From: Chloroflexi bacterium CSP1-4
GTDB lineage: Bacteria; Chloroflexota; Limnocylindria; Limnocylindrales; CSP1-4
DNA length: 64,000 nt
NCBI GenBank assembly: GCA_001443375.1
Contig: LDXM01000006.1
Span: 18,133 to 82,132 of the forward strand
Direction: 5' to 3'
Shown: piece by piece, positions 50,006 through 58,909 of the stretch
Layout of the letters: the number at the start of each line of letters is the position of its first letter
Numbering within the stretch: position 1 is the first letter of the stretch
The notes under the pieces: generated by a model
Databases searched by the model: none
Told to the model about the DNA's origin: nothing
The model's input: only the letters and a program-made list of their open reading frames with translations
Made by a program: the position numbers and the translations under genes

Positions 50006-50935
50006 TCAGACCTCGCCTTCGAAGTAGCCGTCGTCGACTCGTTTCACGGCAAGGCTTCGACCCGCTCGGACGCCGATGCCGTAGTCGTACATGAGCCGAG
50101 TAAGGGTGCGCCCATCGACAAGGACGATCCGTCGGCTGATTCGCCTCACGTACTCCTCGGCTTCCGGTGTGAAGTGCGACGTCGTCAAGAACACTCCCTT
50201 GCTGGCCCGTTGGCCCTCGAGGCTCCCAGCGAAGGCCTGGAGTGCCGGCCGGCCAACCCCGGTCTTCGCCTGGTACTTCTTAGCCTGGATGTACACAGCG
50301 TCGAGACCGAGCTTGTCCTCATCGATCACGCCGTCGATACCCTCATCGCCGGTCAGCTTGGTAACGCGCAGCGACGTCTCGTCGGTAGAACTCCCGTAAC
50401 CCATCGCCCCGAGGAGTTCGACCACGAGGCGCTCGAACGCCTCCCATGGGTATCCCGGCGCCTGGAGCCGGTCCAGCATGTCCGCCTCGATCGACCGACG
50501 GAGGGCGTCATAGGTCAGGTAGAGGAGTTCCTCTGGATTCTGATCGGGGATCGGGACCGGAGCCCCTTCGCTCCCGGTCTTCGGCTTCGACTTCGCCCGG
50601 AAGGCCTCGAAACCCGGGTAGCCCATGAGGAATGCGACGTTGACCTTGGCAGGCTTCTTGGCAAGGGCCTCACGTCCCACGTCGGTGATCTGCACCCGAC
50701 CCCGAGCCGGACGTGAGAGCAGTCCCGCCTTGCTCAGGTAGGTCACGGCCCAATGGGTCCGGTTGACGAAGATCGACTGACTCCCGGACAGGAGCATCCG
50801 CTGATGATCTTCCGAGGTCAGGTGGAACTGCTCAGCGAGCGGGTCCGTGATGTCGGGGACGATCCGTCGCACTTGGCCGTCGCTGAGCAGTTGGAGCACC
50901 GGAAGCATCAGCGTCTGGTAGTCCGGGATCGCCAT
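50006..50935 (-). CDS. mrr: Mrr-family (type IV) restriction endonuclease
   Basis: MAIPDYQTLMLPVL, NR..WA..YL.KAGL, FERLVVELL..MGY, GDEGIDG...YIQAKKY, KGVF.TTS.F; more A/T-rich than its flanks. Confidence 0.93.
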   Translation of the reverse strand: MAIPDYQTLMLPVLQLLSDGQVRRIVPDITDPLAEQFHLTSEDHQRMLLSGSQSIFVNRTHWAVTYLSKAGLLSRPARGRVQITDVGREALAKKPAKVNVAFLMGYPGFEAFRAKSKPKTGSEGAPVPIPDQNPEELLYLTYDALRRSIEADMLDRLQAPGYPWEAFERLVVELLGAMGYGSSTDETSLRVTKLTGDEGIDGVIDEDKLGLDAVYIQAKKYQAKTGVGRPALQAFAGSLEGQRASKGVFLTTSHFTPEAEEYVRRISRRIVLVDGRTLTRLMYDYGIGVRAGRSLAVKRVDDGYFEGEV

Positions 50936-51106
50936 GGCCGGGAGTATGGCACCGGACGCGACGTCGGAGGCGTTCTTGGCGCGCTCCTCTGACGCCCCCG
51001 ACGCCCCTTCGCGCACGCTTCCAGCACTGTGACGATTAAACTGGCTTGATATTCGGCGGCAACCACTTGACAGCTGAGGCCGCCGACGACCCTGGCGTGC
51101 TGTTTC

Positions 51107-51182
51107 TGGCGCCCCCGGACGGACTCGAACCGCCGACGCAGGCCTTAGGACGGCCTCGCTCTATCCACTGAGCTACGGGGGC
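51107..51182 (-). tRNA. tRNA-Arg(CCT)
   Basis: GCCCCCGTAGCTCAGTGGATAGAGCGAGGCCGT-CCT-AAGGCCTGCGTCGGCGGTTCGAGTCCGTCCGGGGGCGCCA. Confidence 0.93.
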
Positions 51183-51252
51183 GCGCTCCCATCATCCTAC
51201 GCTGCCGCCGGAAAACGGCTGACGGAGCCGGCCGCCCTACAATCCCCGGGCG

Positions 51253-51534
51253 ATGGAGTCCCGACCGACGATCCGCTTCCTCACCCGGCCCGGCTGCCAT
51301 CTCTGCGTCGAGGCGCGCGCCGGTCTCCAGGCCATCCTGGAAGAGCGGGGCGCGACCGGACGGCCCCCGGCGCAGGTGCGCGAGGTGGACATCACCGCCG
51401 ACGCGGAGCTCGAGCGCCTGAACTTCGAGCGCATCCCGGTCCTTATCGTGGGTGACGAGGAACTGCCCCTCGCGACGAGCGTCCGGGCCATGCGCGTCTT
51501 CCTCGAGCGGACGCTCGACGGCCACCTGGCCTGA
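51253..51534 (+). CDS. Glutaredoxin-like protein (DUF836)
   Basis: TRPGCHLC, EVDI..D, RIPVL; TACAAT -10 upstream. Confidence 0.8.
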   Translation: MESRPTIRFLTRPGCHLCVEARAGLQAILEERGATGRPPAQVREVDITADAELERLNFERIPVLIVGDEELPLATSVRAMRVFLERTLDGHLA

Positions 51535-51540
51535 CCCGGG

Positions 51541-52287
51541 ATGCCCGACCTGACCCTCGCGGCCGCGTTCGTAGCGGGCATCATCAGCTTCCTCTCCCCG
51601 TGCGTGCTGCCGGTCGTGCCGGCCTACCTCGGCCAGCTTGGGGTCATCACGGTGGCCGGCGCGCCGGCCGGCACGACCGACCTGCTGGGGACCCGTCGCT
51701 GGCGGGCGCTGCGGGCGGCCCTGGCCTTCGTGCTCGGCTTCGGGGCGATCTTCACGCTGCTCGGCCTGACCGTCTACGTCGGCGGCTCGATCGGCGTCTC
51801 GCTGCCGCTCCTGCGCCAGGCCGGCGGGCTGATCCTCATCGTCCTGGGGCTGAACATGATGGGCGTCATCCGGCTGACCGCGCTGGCCCGCTCCTGGCGG
51901 CCGCTGGACCGCGTCGCGGCGCGAAGGTCGACGGCAGGCCTGGCTGCGTCCCCCGCGGGCGCCTTCGGGCTGGGCGCCATCTTCGCCATCGGCTGGACCC
52001 CCTGCATCGGGCCCACCCTGGGCGCCATCCTCGGCCTCGCCTCGCTCGGGCCGAGCGCCCAGGCGGTGGCCCTCTTCGTCTTCTACTCGATCGGGCTGGC
52101 CATCCCGTTCCTGGCCCTGGCGCTGACGCTCGACCGGGCTCCGGCCCTCGTCCGGCCCCTGCTGCGCCACAGTCGGACGGTCGAGATCGTGGGGGGTGGG
52201 CTCATCGTCATCATCGGCGTGGCGATGGTGTTCGACTGGCTGTTCGTCCTCGCCTCGACGTTCAGCTGGCTGTGGCCGCGGGTCTGA
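51541..52287 (+). CDS. ccdA: Cytochrome c biogenesis / disulfide transporter CcdA
   Basis: AG.ISFLSPCVLP..PAY, FVLGF, GWTPCIGP.LGAIL, YSIGL.IPF. Confidence 0.92.
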   Translation: MPDLTLAAAFVAGIISFLSPCVLPVVPAYLGQLGVITVAGAPAGTTDLLGTRRWRALRAALAFVLGFGAIFTLLGLTVYVGGSIGVSLPLLRQAGGLILIVLGLNMMGVIRLTALARSWRPLDRVAARRSTAGLAASPAGAFGLGAIFAIGWTPCIGPTLGAILGLASLGPSAQAVALFVFYSIGLAIPFLALALTLDRAPALVRPLLRHSRTVEIVGGGLIVIIGVAMVFDWLFVLASTFSWLWPRV

Positions 52288-52291
52288 GCGG

Positions 52292-52939
52292 ATGACCGAA
52301 CCCGCGCGCACTCGGCGCCCCGGGCTCATCGGGCCCTTCAGCGGGCGGCACATCGCGCTCGCGCTGGTGATCGTCCTCGGTACCGCCGCCGTCATCGCCC
52401 TCGTCACGGCGCCGATCACGAACCCGGCCGTGCCGCAGCCGTCGCCGGGCACCACCTTCTTCGCCATCGGTCCGCCGGTCGAGGGACTGAAGCCGGGCGA
52501 TCGAGCGCCCGAGCTGGAGGGCGAGGTCGAGGGCGTCGTCCAGCCGCTCCTCGACCTTGACGGCCGCCCGGTCCGCCTGGCCGACCTGCGCGGCCGGCCG
52601 GTCTGGCTGAACTTCTTCGCCACCTGGTGTCCGCCCTGCCAGTACGAGACGCCGGTGCTGCAACAGGTCTACGAGGCGCATGCGGCCGACGGGCTGGCGC
52701 TGGTCGGCGTGAGCGTCCAGGAGACGGTGCCAGAGGACGTCGCGGCGTACGCCTCCACGTACGGTCTCACCTACACCATCGGCTTCGACGCGACCTCGGC
52801 CATCTTCCGCACCTACAAGGCCTACGGGCTGCCCACGCACTACTTCATCGACCGCGAGGGTGTCATCCGCGCCGTGTGGCGGGGGCCGCTGACCGTCGCG
52901 CAGGCCGAGGCCTTCCTGGCGCCGCTGCTGGCGCCCTAG
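52292..52939 (+). CDS. TlpA/ResA family thiol-disulfide oxidoreductase
   Basis: TM anchor; NFFATWCPPCQYE.P, GLPTHYFID. Confidence 0.9.
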   Translation: MTEPARTRRPGLIGPFSGRHIALALVIVLGTAAVIALVTAPITNPAVPQPSPGTTFFAIGPPVEGLKPGDRAPELEGEVEGVVQPLLDLDGRPVRLADLRGRPVWLNFFATWCPPCQYETPVLQQVYEAHAADGLALVGVSVQETVPEDVAAYASTYGLTYTIGFDATSAIFRTYKAYGLPTHYFIDREGVIRAVWRGPLTVAQAEAFLAPLLAP

Positions 52940-53796
52940 ACGATCGGCTCGAAGCGGAAGCGGTCGCGGTCGGCGAGGAGGCGACCGACCGGGCGCCGCG
53001 GCTCGTGGGAGAGGACGACGGTCCAGCCCTCCTCGGCGGCGCGGCGGAAGAGCGAGGCCTTGACTTCGACGCTGGTCAGCGGGAAGTCGTCGAAGCTGGG
53101 CACCCAGCGCGGGTTGGCGCTCCAGGGGCGCATGCACAGGTCGCCGAAGAAGCCGACCGTGCCGCCCGGTCCATGGACGACGATGGCCTGGTGGCCGCCG
53201 GAATGGCCGCCCGTGCGGATGACCTCGACGCCGGGGATCAGCTCCTCCTGGCCGTCGGCGGCGCCGGCGAGGCCCATCGCCTCGACCAGCCGCAGCTCCT
53301 CCTGCTCGTACGAGGCGACGAGGCGCGGGTTGTCCCCCAGCGCGAACGACCACTCCACGCGCTGGGCGACGAAGCGGGCGCGCGGGAAGGCCGGCGCGCC
53401 GTCGGCGGCGAGGATGCCGCCGGCGTGGTCCCAGTGGAGGTGGCTGACCGCCACCGCGTCCACCGTCCCCGGATCGAACCCGGCCTGGCGCAGGGCGGGC
53501 AGGATGGCCGGGCCGCTCACGCCCCGCTGGGCGCTGCGCTTCTCGTCGAAGCGCTCCCCCACCCCGGTCTCCACGAGCACGCGCCCCGCCGGCGTCTCGA
53601 CGAGCAGGCAGTTGAGCGCCTGCGTCAGCGTCGCGTCGGGGTTCAGCTCGTCGGCGACCAGGCGCTCCCAGAGGACGCGCGGCACAGGCCCGAAGACAGT
53701 GCCCGCGTCGGAGGTGAAGGTGCCTGCCTGGATGAGCGCGACGCGCACGCCGCCGCCCAGCTCGGTCCGCCAGTCCACGCGCTCGTTGATGGCCAC
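52936..53796 (-). CDS. MBL-fold metallo-hydrolase (YtnP-like)
   Basis: FG.VP..LW, SHLHWDHAGG, TGGH..GHQ, GD, H. Confidence 0.85.
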   Translation of the reverse strand: MAINERVDWRTELGGGVRVALIQAGTFTSDAGTVFGPVPRVLWERLVADELNPDATLTQALNCLLVETPAGRVLVETGVGERFDEKRSAQRGVSGPAILPALRQAGFDPGTVDAVAVSHLHWDHAGGILAADGAPAFPRARFVAQRVEWSFALGDNPRLVASYEQEELRLVEAMGLAGAADGQEELIPGVEVIRTGGHSGGHQAIVVHGPGGTVGFFGDLCMRPWSANPRWVPSFDDFPLTSVEVKASLFRRAAEEGWTVVLSHEPRRPVGRLLADRDRFRFEPIV

Positions 53797-53814
53797 GGCC
53801 GCCTTCTCGCGCCG

Positions 53815-54420
53815 CTAACCGCGGCGCGGACCGCCCTTGACGGCGCGGCGGTCGCGCTCGAAGTCGCGGTAGAAGGCGGAGGCGGTGGGGGTGGACTGGC
53901 CCTGGTATTTCGAGCCCAGCTCCTTCGAGCCGTAGGGGCGCTCGACCGGGCTGGTCATGGCGAAGAAGCTGATCTGGCCGATCTTCATGCCGAAGTAGAG
54001 CGCGATGGGCAGGTTGGCCACGTTCGACAGCTCGAGGGTGAGGTTGCCCTTCCAGCCGGGATCCACGTAGCCGGCCGTGGAGTGGATGAGCAGCCCCAGC
54101 CGGCCTAGCGAGCTCTTTCCCTCGAGGCGCGCGACGATGTCGTCGGGCAGCTCCACCCACTCGAGCGTCTGGCCCAGCACGAACTCACCGGGATGGAGGA
54201 TGAAGGCCTCCTCGTCCTCGACCGTCACCAGCTCGGTCAGGTCCGGCTGCGCGGTCCGCGGGTCGATGTAGGGGTAGCGATTGTTGCGGAAGACGCGGAA
54301 CTCGCGATCGAGGTGGAGGTCCACCGAGGAGGGCTGCAGGCAGCTCGGGTCGTAGGGGTCGATGCGCACGCGCCCATCCTCGAGGGCGGCGCGGATGTCG
54401 CGATCGGACAGGACGGCCAT
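53815..54420 (-). CDS. dcd: dCTP deaminase
   Basis: [43 protein letters not shown]...SKYQGQ. Confidence 0.95.
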   Translation of the reverse strand: MAVLSDRDIRAALEDGRVRIDPYDPSCLQPSSVDLHLDREFRVFRNNRYPYIDPRTAQPDLTELVTVEDEEAFILHPGEFVLGQTLEWVELPDDIVARLEGKSSLGRLGLLIHSTAGYVDPGWKGNLTLELSNVANLPIALYFGMKIGQISFFAMTSPVERPYGSKELGSKYQGQSTPTASAFYRDFERDRRAVKGGPRRG

Positions 54421-54428
54421 GCGCTCGA

Positions 54429-54938
54429 TCAGGCTCTCTTGGGGCGGACATAGCCGACGGTCTGGGGCTCGGCGCCCGGCGTGGCTCGCTCGGCGAGCAG
54501 CGTATCGACCTCGCGCTTGAGCTGCTCGATGTCCTCGAAGCTCTGGTACACGCTGGCGAAGCGGATGTAGGCGATCTGGTCGAGCTGGCGCAGACGATCC
54601 ATGGCCAGCTCCCCGATGCGGCTCGAGGGCACCTCGGAGGTCCCGGAGGCGCGCAGGGTGGCCTCGATAGCGTCGGCCGCGGCCTCGGCCGCGTCGGGCG
54701 GCACGGGCCGCCGGGTGAGTGCCTTGGCCAGGCCGGCAGCGAGCTTGTCGCGGTCGAACTCGACGCGGCTGCCGTCACGCTTCAGCACGGTCAGGCGGGC
54801 CGCCTCGACGCGCTCGAAGGTGGTGAAGCGCGATTCGCAGGCGACACACTCCCGGCGACGGCGGATGGTCACGCCGTCGTCCTGGTCGCGCGAGTCGATC
54901 ACTCGGGTCTGGGTCGCCCCGCATGTCGGGCAGCGCAC
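54429..54938 (-). CDS. nrdR: Transcriptional repressor NrdR
   Basis: CPTC, VIDSR, RRRREC..C..RFTTFER, ATP cone, AYIRFASVY. Confidence 0.96.
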   Translation of the reverse strand: MRCPTCGATQTRVIDSRDQDDGVTIRRRRECVACESRFTTFERVEAARLTVLKRDGSRVEFDRDKLAAGLAKALTRRPVPPDAAEAAADAIEATLRASGTSEVPSSRIGELAMDRLRQLDQIAYIRFASVYQSFEDIEQLKREVDTLLAERATPGAEPQTVGYVRPKRA

Positions 54939-54965
54939 GCTCGGGTCCTGGCCTCCTCGAGACCG

Positions 54966-55013
54966 ACCACAAGGGCTTGTGGTGGCAGCTCTAGGCTACC
55001 ACTAGATGCGGGA
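54966..55013. promoter_or_regulatory. Tandem NrdR-box-like sites flanking the nrdR -10
   Basis: ACCACAAGGGCTTGTGGT (54966) and ACCACTAGATGCGGGA (54998), 32 bp apart; TGGTAGCCT extended -10 on the - strand. Confidence 0.7.
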
Positions 55014-55550
55014 CGCTCGCGAGCCCTTGACGGCGGCGGCGGCGAGCCCGGGCACGGCCGCCGCATGATCGACGAAGGCCTGCCGGGCGTGGAGCAGGTT
55101 GAGGTAGCCACGCTTGATCGCGGTCTGCGCCTCGAGTTCGCGCTGACGCCCGTCGCCGTCGCCGGCGAGGTCCGTCCCGAAGTCGATCATCTCCAGCGAA
55201 CGGGCCAGGCGGTCGAGGTCGCCGGCGATCGCCTCGCGCGCCGCGACGAAGCCGCGCGGCGTCCGCCAGCGCTCGATCGCCTCCCGCGCCGCGACGAACT
55301 CGCCGTGCGCGGCGGCCAGCTCCCCGCGGACCTCGTCGGCCGGCACCTGGTGGCGGCGCACCGCGTCGAGGCGCTCGAGGAGCGGATCGACGACCGACCC
55401 CATGCGCCGGGAGAGCGCATCCGTCTCCCGCGCGAAGGCGACCGCCTCGCGGGCCCGGGCCAGGGCGGCCGCAGCGCGGCGCACGAAGACGACGAGGACG
55501 AACACGACGAGGACCAGGAGGACGAGCGGCAGGACGACGCTCAGCGACAC
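55002..55550 (-). CDS. Hypothetical membrane-anchored helical protein
   Basis: N-terminal TM followed by an amphipathic helical domain; codon use and position fit the operon. Confidence 0.6.
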   Translation of the reverse strand: MSLSVVLPLVLLVLVVFVLVVFVRRAAAALARAREAVAFARETDALSRRMGSVVDPLLERLDAVRRHQVPADEVRGELAAAHGEFVAAREAIERWRTPRGFVAAREAIAGDLDRLARSLEMIDFGTDLAGDGDGRQRELEAQTAIKRGYLNLLHARQAFVDHAAAVPGLAAAAVKGSRASRI

Positions 55551-55578
55551 GTTGCGGCTCCCGGCCTCATCCCCGCCG

Positions 55579-56553
55579 CTATCCGCGCCGCGCGCGAACG
55601 GCGGCCGTCAGTCGGGGCACGATCTCGAAGAGGTCGCCCACGACGACGAGGTCGGCGAACTCGACGATCGGCGCGTCCGGGTCGCGGTTGATGGCCACGA
55701 TGGTGCCCGAGGTCTGCATGCCGACCTTGTGCTGGATGGCGCCGCTGATGCCGGTCGCGACATACAGCGCCGGCTTGATGATCTTGCCCGTCTGGCCGAT
55801 CTGCTGGCTGTAGGGCAGCCAGCCGGCATCGACCACCGCGCGCGTCCCGCCCACCGCGCCGCCGAAGGCGTCGGCGAGCTCTTCCACGATGCGGAAGCCC
55901 TCGGGGCCACCGACGCCGCGGCCGCCGGCGACGACGACGCGGGCGTCGTCGATCGAGGCCGCCGCGCCGGCCTGGACGACCCGCTCGACGACACGGACCG
56001 GGGGCAGCTCCGCGCTCGGCGCCGGGTCCGCGGTCTCCACGGCTCCGGGCGCCAGGGCCGGCTCGGCGGTCACGGTGCCTGGGCGCACGAGGACGATGCC
56101 CCGGCCGTGCGTGAAGGCGCTGTCGGTGCCCAGCCGCCCGCCGAACGTGCTCATCTGCACGACCGGGCCCCCGTCGGCCCAGCGCACGCCGGCGGCGTTG
56201 ACGAGGACGGGCAGGTCGAGCCGCGCCGAGAGGAAGCCGGCCACATCCTTGCCGTCGGGCGAGGCGGAGACGAGGAGGACGTCCGGTCGCGCCTCCCCGG
56301 CCAGCGCGGCCAGGCGCGGCGCGACCACCGAGGCCGCGGGCCGGTCGCCCTCGGTGGGCGCCTCCACGGCGATCACGCGCGGCCCGAGCGCGGCCAGTTC
56401 CTTGGCCGCCCCGGCGGCGCCACTGCCCACGGCGACGACCGTGGCCGTGCCGCCAGAAGCCTGGGCCAGCTGCCGGGCCAGCGTCGCCAGCTCGAGCGAG
56501 AGCCGCGTGGGCCGGCCGCCGGCCAGCTCGGCGACGGCCCAGATGGCGGCCAT
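55579..56553 (-). CDS. etfA: Electron transfer flavoprotein alpha subunit
   Basis: [42 protein letters not shown]. Confidence 0.95.
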   Translation of the reverse strand: MAAIWAVAELAGGRPTRLSLELATLARQLAQASGGTATVVAVGSGAAGAAKELAALGPRVIAVEAPTEGDRPAASVVAPRLAALAGEARPDVLLVSASPDGKDVAGFLSARLDLPVLVNAAGVRWADGGPVVQMSTFGGRLGTDSAFTHGRGIVLVRPGTVTAEPALAPGAVETADPAPSAELPPVRVVERVVQAGAAASIDDARVVVAGGRGVGGPEGFRIVEELADAFGGAVGGTRAVVDAGWLPYSQQIGQTGKIIKPALYVATGISGAIQHKVGMQTSGTIVAINRDPDAPIVEFADLVVVGDLFEIVPRLTAAVRARRG

Positions 56554-57332
56554 CAGACGAGGCTCCGAGCGGCGAGGAAGTCGACGATGCGCTCCACCGC
56601 GACGTCTGGCGCATCACGGATGATGGTCGCGCCCGCGCGCGGCGGCGGCGGCGCGGCGGTCAGGACCCGCGTCGTGGCCGCGGCCGCGCCGACCCGCGCC
56701 GGGTCGATCCCCAGGTCGGCCAGCGACCAGGTCAGCGTCTCCTTGCCGCGTGCCTGCATGATCCCGCGCAGGGACGGGTAGCGCGGCTCGCCGAGCACCT
56801 GGGTGCCCATCACGAGTGCCGGCATGGGTGCCTCCAGGACGTCGTAGCCGGCCGGGCTGAGCCGATGGACGCGCACGGTCGCGCCGTCCGCGCCGGGCTC
56901 GATGTGCGCCGCGTAGGAGAGGTAGGGCAACCCGAGCCTGGCCGCGATCGCCGCGGCGACGATCCCGCCCTGGCCGTCCGACGTGTCGGCGCCGGCGAAG
57001 GCGAGGTCGTACTCGAGCCTGCGCAGGGCCGCGGCAAGGACCTCGGCCGTGGCCCGGGCACAGGACCCGGCAAGCGCCTCGTCGCTGACGTGGACGGCGC
57101 GCGTCGCGCCCATGGCCAGGCCCTTGCGCAGCGCGTCGGCGGCGGCCGCCGGTCCCATGGTCAGGAGCGTCACCTCACCGCCGTGCGCCTCGGTCAGCTT
57201 GAGCGCCGCCTCGAGGACGTACTCGTCGTTGCCGTTCGGCTCGAGGCCGCTGCCGCGGTCGACGCGGAAACCGTCGCCGAGGCGCTCGTTGCCGACGATC
57301 GGCACGGCCTTGACGAGGACGACGATGCGCAA
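56553..57332 (-). CDS. etfB: Electron transfer flavoprotein beta subunit
   Basis: MRIVVLVK.VP, E.AL.L, TMGP, LAMGA, G..TSDG, EPRYPSLRGIM. Confidence 0.93.
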   Translation of the reverse strand: MRIVVLVKAVPIVGNERLGDGFRVDRGSGLEPNGNDEYVLEAALKLTEAHGGEVTLLTMGPAAAADALRKGLAMGATRAVHVSDEALAGSCARATAEVLAAALRRLEYDLAFAGADTSDGQGGIVAAAIAARLGLPYLSYAAHIEPGADGATVRVHRLSPAGYDVLEAPMPALVMGTQVLGEPRYPSLRGIMQARGKETLTWSLADLGIDPARVGAAAATTRVLTAAPPPPRAGATIIRDAPDVAVERIVDFLAARSLV

Positions 57333-57357
57333 GCTCGACCTCCCTGACGTGGCGCGC

Positions 57358-58518
57358 TCAGCCGCCGCGCGCGAGCACGTCGCGCCCGATGACGTGCCGC
57401 TGGATCTGCTGGGTCCCCTCGTAGAGCTGCGTGATCTTCGCGTCGCGCATCATGCGCTCCACGGGGTACTCGGTGATGTAGCCGTAGCCGCCGAGCACCT
57501 GGACCGCGTCGGTCGTCACGGCCATGGCGGTGTCGCCGGCGAAGAGTTTACACATCGCCGACCAGCGGGCCGCCGCCGGCGAGCCCGCCTCGATCTCCTC
57601 GCAGGCGGTGTACAGGAGCTGGCGCGCGGCTTCGGTGCGCGTGGCCATGTCGGCCAGCATCGCCGCCACCATCTGGTGCTCGCCGATGGCCTTGCCGAAC
57701 TGGCGCCGCTCGGCCGCGTAGCGCGTGGCCACCTCGAGGGCGCCCTGGGCGATGCCCACCGCCTGCGCGGCGACACCCGGCCGGCTGCGGTCGAGCGTGC
57801 GCATGGCGATCGACCAGCCCTCCCCGACGTCGCCGACCCGGTTCGCGTCCGGGACACGGACGTCCTGGAACAGCAGCTCGGCGGTGGGCGAGCCGCGGAT
57901 GCCCATCTTGTGCTCGAGGCGCACGGTCGTGAAGCCCGGCGTCCCCTGCTCGACGACGAAGCAGCTGATGTGCCGCTTGGCGCGGACCGCCTCGGGGGAC
58001 GGGTCGGTGACGGCGAAAACGGTCACGCATCGGGCCACGTTGCCCTGGCTGATGAAGCGCTTGGCGCCGTCGATGCGCCAGCCCTCGCCGTCGCGCACGG
58101 CGCGGGTGCGGATGGCCGCCGCGTCGGAACCCGCCTCCGACTCGGTGAGCGCGAAGGCGGCCAGCGCCCGCCCGGCCGCGAGGTCGGGGAACCAGCGCGC
58201 CTGCTGCTCGGGCGTCCCCGCCAGGAGCAGCGGCAGCGAGCCGAGCTCCTGGACGACGAGGATCAGGCCGCTCGTGGCGCAGACGCGGCTGACCTGCTCC
58301 ACGGCCAGGCAGACCGTGAGCAGCTCGCCGCCCAGCCCGCCGTGCGCGACGGGGTACGGCAGCGCCAGCACGTCCTGCGCGGCCAGCAGCTCGACCACGT
58401 CCCAGGGGAACTCGCCGCTGGCGTCGATGGCCGCGGCGCGGGGGGCGATGCGCTCGTCGGCCAGCTGGCGGACGGCGTCGCGGAGGGCGCGCTGCTCGTC
58501 GCTGAGGCGGATCGTCAT
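57358..58518 (-). CDS. Acyl-CoA dehydrogenase
   Basis: FALTESEAGSD, GAKRFIS, KMGIRGSPT, RRQFGK, GGYGY..EYPVER..RDAKITQLYEGT. Confidence 0.95.
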   Translation of the reverse strand: MTIRLSDEQRALRDAVRQLADERIAPRAAAIDASGEFPWDVVELLAAQDVLALPYPVAHGGLGGELLTVCLAVEQVSRVCATSGLILVVQELGSLPLLLAGTPEQQARWFPDLAAGRALAAFALTESEAGSDAAAIRTRAVRDGEGWRIDGAKRFISQGNVARCVTVFAVTDPSPEAVRAKRHISCFVVEQGTPGFTTVRLEHKMGIRGSPTAELLFQDVRVPDANRVGDVGEGWSIAMRTLDRSRPGVAAQAVGIAQGALEVATRYAAERRQFGKAIGEHQMVAAMLADMATRTEAARQLLYTACEEIEAGSPAAARWSAMCKLFAGDTAMAVTTDAVQVLGGYGYITEYPVERMMRDAKITQLYEGTQQIQRHVIGRDVLARGG

Positions 58519-58672
58519 GGGGTCCGTCGCCGGATCACGGGCGCATCGTACCCCAGCCGAAGTGGCGATCGACCCGTACGCCGTTCGGGTGATTGGCGGG
58601 CTCGACCGGGAGAGGTACGCTGTTCCGCGCTCGTCCGGGCGATGCGGCCCGGCGCCCGGAGGACAGGTGCTC

Positions 58673-58909
58673 ATGGACCAGGGCACGGCCATCGTGCTGA
58701 TCACGATCGCGGCGCTGCTCGGCATCACGGCCACGGTCGCCATCGTCGGGCGGCGGGACCGCGAGGTGGAGGAGGGTGCCGAATCGCCATTCGCCGTGTC
58801 GAGCGAGGGCATGACCGCCTGCCGCCATTGCGGCCGTGGCAACCTCGTGACCGACGACGTCTGTCTCTACTGCGGCACCCCCCTCCCCAACCACGAGGAG
58901 TTCGGCTAG
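58673..58909 (+). CDS. Small membrane-anchored zinc-ribbon protein
   Basis: 78 aa: TM helix followed by CRHC...CLYCG; GGAGG upstream; TACGCT -10. Confidence 0.7.
   Translation: MDQGTAIVLITIAALLGITATVAIVGRRDREVEEGAESPFAVSSEGMTACRHCGRGNLVTDDVCLYCGTPLPNHEEFG

Noticed and set aside
47520..51182. Intact prophage, IS or integrase
   Set aside because: No transposase, recombinase or phage ORF is recognisable; only att-like remnants.
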